Shown here: positions 27,373 through 47,683 of the stretch, piece after piece
Numbering within the stretch: position 1 is the stretch's first letter
Layout: every line of letters begins with the position of its first letter
Source of the DNA: the human T2T-CHM13v2.0 reference genome, Homo sapiens
Direction: 5' to 3' (one strand)
DNA length: 64,000 nt
Assembly (NCBI RefSeq): GCF_009914755.1
Contig: NC_060947.1
Notes under the pieces: model-generated
What the model was told of the DNA's origin: nothing
The model's input: the letters and a program-made list of their open reading frames with translations, nothing else
Databases searched by the model: none
Made by a program: the position numbers and the translations under genes

Positions 27373-27899
27373 TTTAGGAACAGTCTGTCAAAAGGAAACT
27401 CAATAGATAAAATAGATAACACAGAATAGTAAATAATAAGGAAAACAGATGAACTAGATTTCTCTGTATATCAGTACCAATAGACATCCAGTACACACAC
27501 TTAGGTATAAATAGAAAATTCAAAATTCCAGAATATTCATTAACATATATAACATTATATATCTCTTATGTTATATATATAACATATATATATATATATA
27601 TACACATCAAACATTACATATGATGTTAATTGATGTGAGTGCAAGTATAAAAATGGAATGGAAGAATATACCTCCAATTTATAACAGTGGTTGTCTCTGG
27701 CAATTTAGAAAAGATCTGGATGTGGTTTAAGGAGAATTAAGCTATATTAATAACGTTTAATTTCTTTAAAAATAATCTGAAGCAAATATGACAGATTTTA
27801 AAGTTGATATATATGAATTGGAGAAGGTATATATGTATGTTTTAAATTTTTTTGTATAGTGATTTTTTTTCTCAAAGTAAAAACAAAATAAATCCTCTT

Positions 27900-28130
27900 T
27901 CACAAAGCTTTCCTTGATCTCTTTAAGCCAAACATCTCTGTGTGTCCTCTGTATGCCTCTAACACTATAGCTCTCATAAGAATTAAGCTTTCTGCCTATG
28001 GAGTTTATCTCTCCCATTACATTGGAAAAGCTTAATTGAAAAAGCAGTATCTCATCCCCTTTTGTATCTCTCCACAGCACCTGATCAGATATCTGTTGCA
28101 TAGTAAATACCCAATAAGATTTTATTAAAC
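27900..28130 (+). mobile_element. L2 fragment
   Basis: tttgtatctctccacagcacctgatcag...catagtaaatacccaataaga. Confidence 0.45.
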
Positions 28131-28546
28131 ACAATAGCAAAGGAATAGAATGGTGTACATAGAAACACTTGCTCTTTTTAGGCAACTCTAGAAAAATGTT
28201 AAATTTTTCATTTTTTCATGCTTTTCTTCACACAGCGGACCTATGTTTGTTTTACACCTATGTTATGTTTCTATTGACATACTTTTAGAATGAATACTTA
28301 GAAAATATAGTGCTTTGTAATAATATACATGGTCCTAGCATATTGGAGATACACCAGACAATCTAATTGCTGAACCAAATGTAGGCTAGCTTGGTGATCA
28401 AAGGGAATTGTTTTGATTTCTCCTGTCTCATATATATCTGTTATTTGTCCTAATGCTGAGCTCTAGACTGCTGAATGAACGGTGACATTTTTCTTGGTTA
28501 CTCCATTGTGCCACCTTACCTCCATTTGTCACTCTAGTAATGTTAA

Positions 28547-28702
<156 letters not shown>

Positions 28703-29206
28703 TAGTAAACATCTTCTGGGTCCATAGTAGAATGTCAGTTACTTGCTGCTCATTTAAAGACTAGTTGTTAAGCAAAACTTGAATACAGTATGGCATTTGC
28801 TTTGAGTTTATTTTTTTTAATTTCAAGTTTCATGGCTTTTGTTTTTCCATTCTCATAAATAAAACATATGCTTTTATTCCTTGACAGTTATCAGAGTTTG
28901 TTCAGTTGAACAATGCCCAACTTGCAAATGAATACTTTTGCAAATACATATGGTGGATATACAAATACATATGTGAATTCATTTGGCTCTAATGTGAACT
29001 TATTGAATGTGCTATGTCGAGTTATCTTTTATCAAAAGAACTGTTAGTAACTGAGGACATCAAAAAATTATGCTTGCTCATACATACATAAATGCTATAT
29101 TTAGGTTTTAATGCTAGCTTTTAAAATGTCTTCTTTGCCCGCTACTTACACTAACAGGATTTCCTTGTTCTTGAAAGTGAAATATATTTTTAAGAACAGG
29201 TTTTAA

Positions 29207-29568
<362 letters not shown>

Positions 29569-30629
29569 TCAGACTTAGGACTAGACATGCCTGGCTCTAA
29601 TTGTCCTCTTAGATTGTTATCCAGCTTTCCTTTGAGACAATATTTTGCACAAAGTGTGTTCTCTTAGCTGGTTGATTCCAGTGATGGCTGGAATCTATGC
29701 ATAGTGTGGTGTTTCACAGTTAGACCTGACTAGTTATCCTGGCACTTTGAAACAGTTGGTTTCAGGTACCCTTCCACACATACATACAAAAGATGTGCTG
29801 ATGATAGCACTGACTTTTCAGAGTGGTCTTTTCATCATAATTAAAAGTTTTTTTTTTTTTTTTTTTTTAAAGCCTGAATACACAATCTGTGCATGGCTTT
29901 GATGATTCTGTAGTTAAGAAGGGCAGGAACAGCCTTGGGGAACACTTACTAACTTGGAATCATGAAGAAAGTCACAAGCACCTACAGATGAGCAGAAAAG
30001 CAAGATTATTTCATTCATTTTACGTCCACAATACCACAGGGACTGGCTGGTCAGTTACTTGCGCATGTTGTCAAAGCTAACCTTTAAAGACAGTTCATCT
30101 GGCTAAAAATCAAATACCTTATACCCAGAGTATTAGATATGCATCAGCGGGTGGCCAGGGTCTTAAGGCAGGAAGTATATTATAGGTGGCCTGGTATTTT
30201 GCAGGCTCTTCTGAGCCAGAAGCATTTTTTATCAGAAAGGTTTTGGAAATTATGCTCAGCCCCTGGCATCTTTTTGGTCCTCTCTTGATCGCTAGTCCAG
30301 CTGTTGAATGAAAAGAAATGAAGCTGAAGAGACATCACTGTGGCTACAGCTGGTGTTACGGAGGTTGGTGTCATGCTACAAGATAACACACACATCATTT
30401 TTACTCATGTGGAAGGCTGCCTTGCTGTGCATTTCCACGGCTGTCAGAAAGATTGATTCCTGAAATACTTTGAAAAAATGCTAAGTACTAGCTACTTTGG
30501 GTGTTTACCCAGGGGCACCACAGCTGCCTGGCATTGTAGTATGGCAGCTGAACAGTAATCACTGCTATTTCTCTGATTTGTTTGTGTCTTTGTCAGCATC
30601 TGAGAGGAGGGAGGTTCAATCCCAGAGTG

Positions 30630-32010
30630 GGGCCCTCACTCCACAGTGATCTCATTCAGCCCATGGCTTTAAATACTCTCTGCAATGCTAATGACTCCCA
30701 AATTTATGTCTGTGGCCCTGATGTCATCCCTGCATCCCAGACTCATAGATCCGGCTGCCTATTAAATAGCACTGCTTTGATGTCTATGAGGTATCTGAAA
30801 TTTAACATAAGCAAAACCAAATTTCTGATCTGTCCACCCATATATGACCCAACTTATCATCCCACCATCTTCCCACAGGAGTAAATGGCAACTCCATTCT
30901 TGTGGTTGCTCCAGCCAAAGCCTTGTGATCATCCTTGACCCCTCCCTTACTTTGTATCCCACATCCCAAGGTATCCACCTTGAAAGTGGATTCAGTACAT
31001 GAACACCTCTCTACTGCTGCTGTCTTAATCCAAACCAATGACAAATCTCATCTGGACGATTGTAATTGCCTCCTAACATGTCAACCTGCTTCCTTTTCCC
31101 AATAGTGTACTTTCTCATGGCAGTAAAAGGGAATCCTTAAACACAAATTACATTACATTATCTTCTGCTTAGAAATCACCAGCGGCCAGATGCAGTGGCT
31201 CACACCTGTAATTCCAGCACTTTGGGAGGCCAAGGCAGGAGGATTGCTTGAGCACAGGATTTTGAGATGAGCCTGGGTCACAAAGTGAGAACCCCATCTC
31301 TTAAAAAAAAAAAAATTAAAAATTAGCTAGGCATGGTGGTACGCATCTGTAGTCCCAGCTAATTTGGAGGCTGAGGTGGAAGCATCAGCTGAACCCAGGA
31401 GATCAAGGCTACAGTGAGTCACGATCGCGCCACTGCGCTCCAGCCTGGGCAACAGAGTGAGACCCTGTCTCAAAATAAACAAACAAACAAACAAACAAAC
31501 AAACAAACAAAGGAAATCACTAGTGAATTTCAATCCCAAGGTTCAAACCACATCTGTAAAACCATAAGCGATCAGACTGTCTCATACTTGTTTGCTTATC
31601 CTTCTGTTATTTCCTTAGCCGATTTCCTTAACTCATTCACCTGCGTATTCAATGGCCTTTTCATTTCTCTTCGAATAGTTTCCACCTAAGTGCCTTTGAA
31701 CTTGATCATCTCTATGACTGGAATGCTCTTCTCCCAGGTGTTTACATGGCCTGGTTCCTCTTTTCATTTAAAGCCCATGCCCACTCAAAGGCCATATCTC
31801 CTTGTCAGTAAGATCTTTCCTCACCAGCCTTTATAAAATATAGCACTGCTCCCAATGGTCTCTTATTCTGCTATATTTTCTTAATGGACTTTATAATCCT
31901 GATGTCTTTTCCCACTGAGTGAAGGCTTTGTTTCGTTCACTGCCAGTTCTCCAGCACCAAGAACAGTGCCTAGTGCACAAAGGGCTTTGATAAGCATCTG
32001 TGGAAAGTGC
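30630..32010 (+). mobile_element. L2a 3' region interrupted by an AluJ
   Basis: gtgatctcattcagcccatggctttaaatac...aatgactcccaaatttat...gtaaatggcaactccattct...ccagcaccaagaacagtgcct. Confidence 0.8.
31184..31511 (+). mobile_element. AluJ with (AAAC)n tail
   Basis: ggaggattgcttgagc, gagaccctgtctc; TSD gaaatcacYagY. Confidence 0.9.
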
Positions 32011-32905
32011 AAACATTCACCTGACTCTTCTTTCTATCTCTATCTCCACCAGCTGTAAAACTGTGCTTAGAATCCCTGAACATTTTATTTTAATGAAATT
32101 ACCTCTGCAATATCTTTAGCTCTTCAGTGGAAAAATCTTTCAAAATCCAGGGTCTCATGGAGCTCATGTCTCCATCTCTGACTTAAATAGTCCATGAAAC
32201 ACATGATTCTGGAAACTGAGATTGTGAAAAGCACATCTTGCTGCACCCTCCAGTCTTTGTGTGGTCTCTAGCACTTGGTGCCATAGTGACAGTGTCTGGG
32301 TAGAACAGATGTTTTTAGTGATCTGAAAATCACTATAAAGAAAAGGCATTTCCTACATCTTGGAGAGAAACTTGAAAGTTCACAAACATGTTAAGTCTAA
32401 CAATTTCTTAGACTTGCCATTTGCTTTTATCCACTTTCAGGATAACCGTAATGTTTGCAACTCATCTTCTGTGTCTCCCCCAAATAATTCATGTTTCCTT
32501 TTCCTCCTTGTCTTATATTTCAATGAGTGAGAAGTGAGGCATCTTACTCTTATTTTGTATTAAAGCCCTGCGCTAATATTTCTAACGTTCTCTTTTACGA
32601 TTTAGTGAGATTTCAGAAGTGAGAGGGATAGTTTTGTTCTGTTTTCCATGAGTTTTCTAGTTCTTTGAGAGGAAGAGGGACCACGAAATTCAATATTAGT
32701 GTTTGTCATAATACTCAGCAAAAGCCTTGCCTGTGGTATACACTCAATAATGTCTGTTCATTTGGGTTTTAACTTTTTTCAAATCTCCTCAGTGTTATAA
32801 TTACCTGTCCTTTTCATTAGAAATCCAAACCTGATTAGCAATTGTTTTTCCAGAGAATAAGCCACTTGCCTTCTCTAATAGTATTGGATTGGATATCAAC
32901 TAAGG

Positions 32906-33114
32906 CATAGCTTCCCAACGGATGTGCAGTGGCACATGACTGTACTCCACATGGATTTCAAATGTGCTCAGACAATGATTCCTGTAAGCTCTCAGGGGCA
33001 GCTGGAGGCTCTAGACCAATCATTTCTAACCACAAGATTGTGTATTCCAGGGTGCTCTACAAAAATTATAATTTCCATTATGTGCTACGGCATGAGAAAT
33101 GTTGAGAGTTAGTC
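32906..33114. mobile_element. Charlie4z-like hAT fossil, followed by a short MER3-like fragment (~33120-33190)
   Basis: catagcttcccaacggatgtgc...tacaaaaattataatttccattatgtgct...; then ggaaatgttctagatct. Confidence 0.55.
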
Positions 33115-34159
33115 TAGTCCAGTACTGCCTAACTAAACTATCTGTGCAGTCATGGAAATGTTCTAGATCTTCCTTCCAATAAGGTAACCACAGTGCAGCT
33201 GGAATTTAAACTCTAAACTATATAAACTATTAGGAACCAAAGATGAAAAATAAGCACAATTCAGCAATTTATCAGACTCGACAAATATTAATTTGAGGTG
33301 TTAACAACCCACAGTGGTACCAGCAGGCAGAAATTAAATTAATATATCACTAACTTGAGAATAAAGGCATCAAAGGAAACCTCATTTTTTAATGTGGCTA
33401 ACATTGTTGGATATTAGCTGGCTGATGCTAGCTATGTACGCTTTTTCTCTTGTTGTCTTCTTTTTGTTTGACGATGTGGCAAATGACAGTGCTGTTGCCT
33501 GAAAATGGCTTCAAAGTCACACTTGTATGTCTTACTGTATTGGGTTTAGGTGAATTCTGGTGTCTGTGTTGTTCTTCTAATGGGGCCTGGAGCAATCTAA
33601 TAATTTGCATTTGGGTCCTATAGACCATATGGTGTTTATCACCCACTTCTCCATCTTAGATGATCTGCCAGTCATTGATGAGGTGAAAGCTGTGTTTGGC
33701 AGTGCTTTCATGCTAGGTTAATCATTGTGGAATTAGCTATTGTTTATAGCACTTTTTAATCCAAGCAAGAGTATTCTGGAGTCTGTACATCTGTAAGTCA
33801 AAATTTACAACCTAACGTCGATTTACAATGAGGAAAAGCAAGTTAGATAACATATTGCATATTCATAAATTACTCCTAAGAGATAATTAGTACCTGGCCT
33901 CCACTTCATGATTCCTCTGTTTGTTAGTTCTTATGATACAATGGTTGTGGAGATGCCTATTTGATCGTATTTCTCAAGGAGACTCTGATCCAGTGTGTTC
34001 CACTGCCTCATTAACCTCTGCCCTCAAAATACACCAAGTCAACCTCTGTTTCTTTATTCATGCTGCTCCCTCTTTCTGGAATGGCCCATCCCACCTTTCT
34101 TCTCAGGTACATTTTAGCCTTACTTATGGAGGCATTGAAATCTTTAATATTAGTATTAA

Positions 34160-34420
34160 TGTACACTAGCATTTATGGAACACATTTTTTTGTGTGTGTC
34201 AGGCGTAATACCCGCCACCTTAACTAGGTATTTCACTTAAACGTCACAACAGGACTTCAAGATATATTTTTTCAAGATATATATGTTTAATACCTATCTC
34301 ATAAATGAGGAATCTGAGCTTCAAATATGTGAAGCAATTTTCATAAAACAATTTTGTAATGAAGTAGAGTAAGGTTTTAAGCTAGGACTTCCTGACTCTA
34401 AAGTCTTTGTTCTTTCCATT
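34160..34420 (-). mobile_element. MIR
   Basis: Core-like ctcataaatgaggaatctgagcttcaaa...cctgactctaaagtc. Confidence 0.6.
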
Positions 34421-34847
34421 GCAAATAAAGAAGACAAAGAAGTCTATTAAAGGTATCTAATGAAGGAATCTGTTCTCCATTAACCTTGTACTCACTTGAG
34501 ACACAGTTGAAACACAGTAAAACAGCTTTGTAGATTGCTTGCTTGGCTTATTGATTTCCAAATCCTGTTTTCTTTTTGCTACCATCTTACTTCCTGTGTC
34601 ATAGTGGAAACCAACAAAAGAATTAATTCTTTGTCAAGTGTGTGAGGAAGAGCATGGTGGACCAGAAGTCTTGGTCCTTCCTGGGCAAACAGATACATTG
34701 TCTTCTGCACCTATACATGTCCCTCATTCGTGAATTTCGCCCTCTGATTTATATCCTATCTGTTCTATCTTTTAACTAAGAACTGTGAAATCACCCATAT
34801 CCAGGACTACATGGCTAATCTTTTTATTAAACATTGTCTATCATGTG

Positions 34848-35167
34848 TTTTTTTTTTTGTTTTGTTTTCTTTTGTTTTTGTTTTTGAGACACGTGCTCAC
34901 TCTGTCAACCAGGCTGGAGTGCCGTGGCATGATCTCGGTTCACTGCAACCTCCGCCTCCCATGTTCAAGTGATTCTCCTGCCTCAGCCTCCTGAGTAGCT
35001 GGGACTACAGGCATGCGCCACCTTGCCTGGCTAATTTTTGTATTTTTAGTAGAGATGGGATTTCACCATGGCAGCCAGGCTGGTCTCAAACTGCTGACCT
35101 CAAGCAATCCTTCTGCCTTGGCTTCCATAAATGCAGTGATTACAGGCAAGAGCCACCACGCCCAGCC
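34848..35167 (-). mobile_element. AluS (Sx/Sz-like)
   Basis: Full-length reverse Alu with a (TTTTG)n tail and caggctggtctcaaac. Confidence 0.9.
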
Positions 35168-35489
35168 TCTGTCGTATGTTGTTGAATTCTTGGTCATGCC
35201 TATTCAATCAGAGTGTAAATTGCTTGTGTGTAGTATCTTATTTGGTCTTGCCCTATGGCACCAGCTCAAATGCTAGGCTAATCACTGGCAGTTTTTACAT
35301 ATTGTTGATTATGTGAATGATTATCTTCACATTATAACTAGACAAAAAGAGAAGTAAAACAATTAGATATTTTCCCCAGAGATGAGTGAAATAACTGAAT
35401 AAACTAACTCTTGTTCATAAATTTCTTAAAGAAGGATGACAAATTTATCTTGTAAACATACAAATAACTGGTACCTAATATTTTTCAGT

Positions 35490-42232
<6,743 letters not shown>

Positions 42233-42696
42233 AAAAGATACTTTTCAAAGAGTATTAATAGTCATTTTTCTGAATTCCTGTAGTGTATTTTCAAGATGAA
42301 TAAGTTTTCTAAAGTAACTGAAGCATATCTCATTAGCCATCAAAAATTATTTTTAATGGCAGTTTTTAATGTAGATCTTCAGAAAAAAAGCACACAATTA
42401 CTGCCTTTTAAAATAGAATGCATGAAATACAATTAAATCTTTCCTTGACTAGTCAAATCAAAAAATTTTTTTGGAATATCTTCTGTTTTACCTGTTATGA
42501 AAAACACTAAAATCCAGGGAAATAAAAGTTTAGAAATTTATTCTTAGTGCGTTTACAATCTCAATGGAAAGTTAAATGTGTAGAAGGAAAAGTTACAATC
42601 TGGCCTCTTAAAGGCGGGACAGAGGTAAACAGATTGTGTTTAAGAGTCCCAGAATTAGTAAAGTTTAACCTACAAGTTGACATCTGTGGTAGTCAT

Positions 42697-42763
42697 GGAA
42701 GGATGGGTTAGGATTTAAGAAGGAGGGATACGGAAGGATGGGTTAGGATTTAAGGAGGGATAC
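42697..42763 (+). repeat. Two-copy tandem duplication (35/32 bp)
   Basis: ggaaggatgggttaggatttaag(aag)gagggatac x2. Confidence 0.9.
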
Positions 42764-42989
42764 AGCATTCTAGAAGAAAAGGAGGGGCATTCTAAATGAT
42801 TCCAAGAAAGTGGTAAATTGGGGAAATGGTAAAATGTTCAGTGTGCTTGATTAGTAGCAGCTTGAGAATAGTTCCAGACTTTACAGGAGCATGAAAAAAA
42901 TTCAATTCGGATCACATTACTTTCTTGCTTACAAACCATTGTTCTGCTGTTACTGAGTAAAAGTCTTAGCTTGTTAAAATGCAAAAAAT

Positions 42990-43190
42990 GTGAGCAAGCC
43001 CAGCCAAGATGAGCAAAGCCACATGCTTGACCTGCAGTTAACCACAGATACATAAGGGAGTAAAACAAAGATCATTCAAGCCTGGCCCTGATCAGTTATC
43101 TTGGAGACCTATGACCAATAATAAGTGACCATTATTTTAAGCTACTAAGATTTGGGATATTTTGTAACTCAGTAGTATTTCACTGATGAA
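42990..43190 (+). mobile_element. MLT1G/H-like MaLR LTR 3' fragment
   Basis: gtgagcaagcccagccaagatgagca...ttattttaagctactaagatttggg. Confidence 0.55.
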
Positions 43191-44202
43191 TTGTATTAGT
43201 GCTTTTCTATTCTTCTACCCTAAAGTAAAAATGTCTTTGCTACTTATCACATTCAAAGAAATGTGGAGCTGTAATAGAAACAAATTTTGCCAGGCAAATA
43301 GGACCATGGTATTGCTTTGGGCTGGCATAGATGCAATTCCATGTAATTCCATTTCTTGTTATAAACTTGGCTCTAACTGTACAATGTATACTTCAGTATA
43401 TGGACAGATGTAGATGTAGATACTGTGTATAGGTATGCACTATTTATACCTCTCAAAAATTTACCAAAGTCTTCATATCCATAGCACTGATATTTTTTAA
43501 ATTAACTCTTGTTAGTATGGACAATTTTAGCTATAATATTCACAAACGTAGAGAGAATAACATAATGAAACCCTATGTACTTATCACCAAGCTTTAGTAA
43601 TTTCTAACATTTTGCATGTGTTGTTGTTTGTAACAGGCTTTTGTTTTGTTTTATTTTTGTTTTTGTTTTCCTTTCTTTTGACAACATGAGTGGTGTTCAA
43701 TGCTACTAAGAACAAATTTGCAGATTTTTCCTGCAATGCTTGAAATGATTAACCTCTGTTTGTTGCCAAGTAACTCTTGGGTACGTACTGATAGCAAAAG
43801 TAATATAAGAATATTCACAGCATAGTTAAATTTGGATAGCAAGTATTATTTAAAGGGTGCCTGATATTATTGCTTATAGGCATGTTTTTCTTTCTTGTAC
43901 CTCTTATTTTTGGTAGTAATCATGTTTTTAATGACTTGTGATAGACTTGTTTTATGAAACAATAGAAAATCACCATAGGACCTCTTTAGTAAGCTTTTAG
44001 AGTGTTGAAGCTACTTGAAATCTTCTCTGGTGGGAGATTATTATTTGCTAAATAATTGTTTGCATAAACTGACTCCTCCAACAGTGTTAGTTAAATGAAT
44101 CATAACAATTAGTATAAACAGAGAAAAGTAATGATGATCTAGGCAAGTAACTTATAGGTGTTCTGTTTGTTGAACAAAAGAATGAATGGAAAATTAGGGC
44201 TC

Positions 44203-44245
<43 letters not shown>

Positions 44246-44251
44246 TTTTTT
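44203..44251 (+). repeat. (TTTA)n tetranucleotide repeat
   Basis: About 11 units, direct read. Confidence 0.9.
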
Positions 44252-44652
44252 GGCTGTATCCAGGATAGAATAAATAAAATGTTTGTTTTCAGTCTGCCTT
44301 CACCTATACTTCTTGGTAAGAAAGGAAGGATGAAAGGAAATGGTGGATTGAGGGAGGATGAGAGGAAGAAGGAAAAAAGAAAGGAAGTGAGAGAGGCTAA
44401 TTATCTGGAGGTTTTTTTTAAAAGCAGTAATGCCACCAAATTAAAGTAGCTTTTCAATTTAATGCACAATATTTATATTACTATTATATTGGCATTTCAG
44501 GGTGCCAAGTGTAAAGAGGTTATCTTAGATGCACAGAATATCAAAAAAAACCTGTGCTATCATCTCCCAGTGCAGCCTAATCATTGACAGAGGTCAAGAA
44601 AGTTAAAGCAAGTGCTGAAGTTGAATATATTAATATACAAAAATATAGTATT

Positions 44653-45020
44653 TGTATTAGTCTGTTCTCATGCTGCTAATAAAGACACACCCAAGACTGG
44701 GTAATTTATAAAGAAAAAGAGATTTAATGGACTCACAATTCCAAATGGCTCAGGAGGCCTCACAATCATGGCAGAAGGCAAAGGAGAAGCAAAGTAACAT
44801 CTTACATGGTAGCAGGCAAGAAAGCTTGTGTAGAGGAACTCCCATTTATAAAACCAGTAGATGTCGTGAGACTTATTCACCATCACAAGAACAGCATGGG
44901 AAAGACCTGCCCCCATGATTCAATTGCCTCCCACTGGGTCCCTCCTCCCACGACATGTGGGAATTATGGGAGCTACAATTCAAGATGAGATTTGGTGGGG
45001 GACACAGCCAAACCATATCA
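44653..45020 (-). mobile_element. THE1B/C solo LTR
   Basis: tgtattagtctgttctcatgctgctaataaagac...gacacagccaaaccatatca; TSD gtatt/gtatc. Confidence 0.9.
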
Positions 45021-45685
45021 GTATCATTACCCATAAAGACACAGATCACCAATGAAATTTAATTCATCTAGAGAAATGCATTGTAGTAGTACTAAAGTTA
45101 TTTGGTTAACTTTATGTTCCTATATTTTATGCAAATACGAATTTTTTTATAAGATTTGGGCTGTTATAAAATGTCATTCTAAAGAACATCTCTAATATTT
45201 TATGTAATTACTACAAAAATTAAAAATAGTTTTATATTTATAAACCTTGAATTTCAGTGGAGGCCATGCTTATTAAAATTCACTTTCTTTTTGGTTACAG
45301 CATTAAAGGGGCTTCTAGAATGCTTACCTTTTTTCAGTCCACTATCATAATGAGAGCCTCAAATTGTATGTCATCATTGGGTCATGTAATCATTAAAGAG
45401 TTCTACTTATGAGAGCCAATAACAGACATGACCCTTTCTTCTAGTCTGTTCAGGCAAGCAGATCAAACCTCTTCAAATCCTACAGTAAAAGTTTCACTAT
45501 TGTCAAATATAGCTTAGTCCTAATGAAGTACATTAAATTTACACAAAACTTTCTGTCCTTGTTTCCAAACTTCATCTAAATAAGTTTCTCCCACCTCCCT
45601 CCCACAGCATTGCTCATAATCAGGAAAAATATGGTGTCTAGTAGAAACCATGTTGGAAAACACAAATGTGAAAAAGCAATCTACA

Positions 45686-45978
45686 GGCTGGGCCTGGTGA
45701 CTCTTGCCTGTAATCCCAGCACTTTTGGAGGCCGAGGTGGGTGGATCACCTGAGGACAGGAGTTCGAGACCAGCCTGGCCAACATGGCGAAACCAGGTCT
45801 CTACTAAAAATGCAAAAGTTATCCAGGCGTGGTGGTGGGCGCCTGTAGTCCCAGCTACTCAGGAGGCTGAGGCAGGAGAATTGCTTGAACCCGGGAGACG
45901 GAGGTTGCAGTTAGCTGAGATCATGCCACTGCACTCCAGCGTGGGTGACAGTCTCCAAAAAAAAAAAAAAAAAAAAAA
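45686..45978 (+). mobile_element. AluSx
   Basis: Full-length; TSD aaaaagcaaWctac. Confidence 0.93.
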
Positions 45979-46137
45979 AAGCAAACTACCGAAATAGAAA
46001 ATATTTGAAGTATGTGACCATTAAAATTAGAAGAGGTAGGTTTGAATTCTGGCTTCTGTCCTCACTGGACATTTGTTTTTGAAGTTTCTATGTCTGTTCC
46101 TTTGTAGCAAACTGACAGTTTTAAATAAAGTAACGTA

Positions 46138-46224
46138 ACCGCACACCCCAAAACATAAGTGTTAATTTTCCCTACTGCACACCCCAAACCACACACCCCA
46201 AAACATGTTAATTTTCCCTATGCA
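46138..46224 (+). repeat. Complex micro-duplication
   Basis: cacaccccaaa x3 and tgttaattttcccta x2. Confidence 0.85.
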
Positions 46225-46581
46225 TATGCTTACTTGTGATCTTATATTTATGTTCTTGTATCTTATAAGCCTTAAATTTATGCTGAGAGTTCTAGCCAAC
46301 AACACATCTACTTAATGTTTTGTCAGTGAAATTAAGCAGAGGGTGTTATGTCAATATTTAATGATAGATTGATATATTGCATGGGCTACTTTGTTTTTAA
46401 TCCTTGGCCAGGGCCGTTAAATATTTATTGACAGTTACCAAAAAAAATGGTTTTTAGGCTAACTTCTTTTTGTAAATATATGTTCAGTAATTGCCAATAA
46501 CTTCCATACTAACTGAAGTATATTAGTATATAGGAAGCTGTTGCTATGAAATAACTGTAATATTTCAAAAACTAAATGTTT

Positions 46582-47038
46582 TTTATTTCAATAGTTTTGG
46601 GGGAACAGGTGGTGTTTGGTTACATGGGTATGGTCTTTAGTGGTGATTTCTGAGATTTTGGTGCACCCATCACCCGAGCAGTGTATACTGAACCCAATGT
46701 GTAGTCTTTAATCCCGCACTCCCCTCCCATCCTTCCCCCAACTCCCCAGAGTCCATTATGTCATTCTTATGCATTTGTGTCCTCATATCTTAGCTCCCAC
46801 TTATAAGTGAGAACGTACAATGTTTGGTTTTCTATTACTGAGTTACTTCACTTGGAATAATGGTCTTCAACTCCATCCAGGGTGCTGTGAATGCCATTAT
46901 TTCATTCCTTTTTATGGCTGAGTAGGTATTTCATTTTATATATATATATATATTTATACACCACATTTTCTTTATCCACTCATTGGTTGATAGGTATGTA
47001 GGCTAGTTCCATATTTTTGCAGTTGTGAATTGTGTCAT
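46582..47038 (-). mobile_element. L1PB-family 3' end, 5'-truncated
   Basis: tttatttcaatagttttgggggaacaggtggtgtttggttacatg...tctgagattttggtgcaccc; TSD ctaaatgttt (starting at 46572 and 47042). Confidence 0.88.
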
Positions 47039-47527
47039 AAGCTAAATGTTTGGAAATACATTGGAATTATTTCTGAAGTTCCGGAATGGCTTTGCTATTC
47101 TACATTAGGTGGTTTATTGAATATTTTTAGAGAAGAACCTCTTGATTTTCAGTTGTTTGTGTGGGGAGAAGAGATGGTGGTGGTGGTCATTCTTCATATG
47201 GGGATTTGGAAGATGAAAGAGTAGGTTACTCATTCTTTATATGGATTTTCATCAGTCCTTCTCATTTTGGCCTTGCATCTCTTCCCCGTACCCTATCATA
47301 CCTGATCTTTCTGGGTACTAAGCCTGTACAAGGTTTCTAAACCCTTCATGGCTTCCTTCATGGCTGTGGTCCACTCTATGACAGCCCAGGCTGCAGTTTC
47401 CACCACTATGTATCAACAGCTCCATGTTAACAATAGCTTTCTGTCTACCAGAAAATTGAACTTTCCTGACCATTTCTGTTTGAAATATAGGTAATAAAAC
47501 CACTTTTAATATGTGGTTATCATAGGG

Positions 47528-47683
47528 CAGAATTTTTCAACCTCGGAATTATTGAGCACTATTAACATCTAGGGCCAGATAATTCTTGCGTTTGTCTTTC
47601 CTGTGCATCGTAAGATCTTTAGCAGCGTCCATTGTCAAGTAACACCCCCTACCAATTGTGACGATCTCAGTTGAGAACCACTG
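47528..47683 (+). mobile_element. MER20 (internally deleted)
   Basis: cag...tcaacctcgg...gggccagataattctt...gttgagaaccactg; flanks tcataggg/tcataaaa. Confidence 0.75.
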
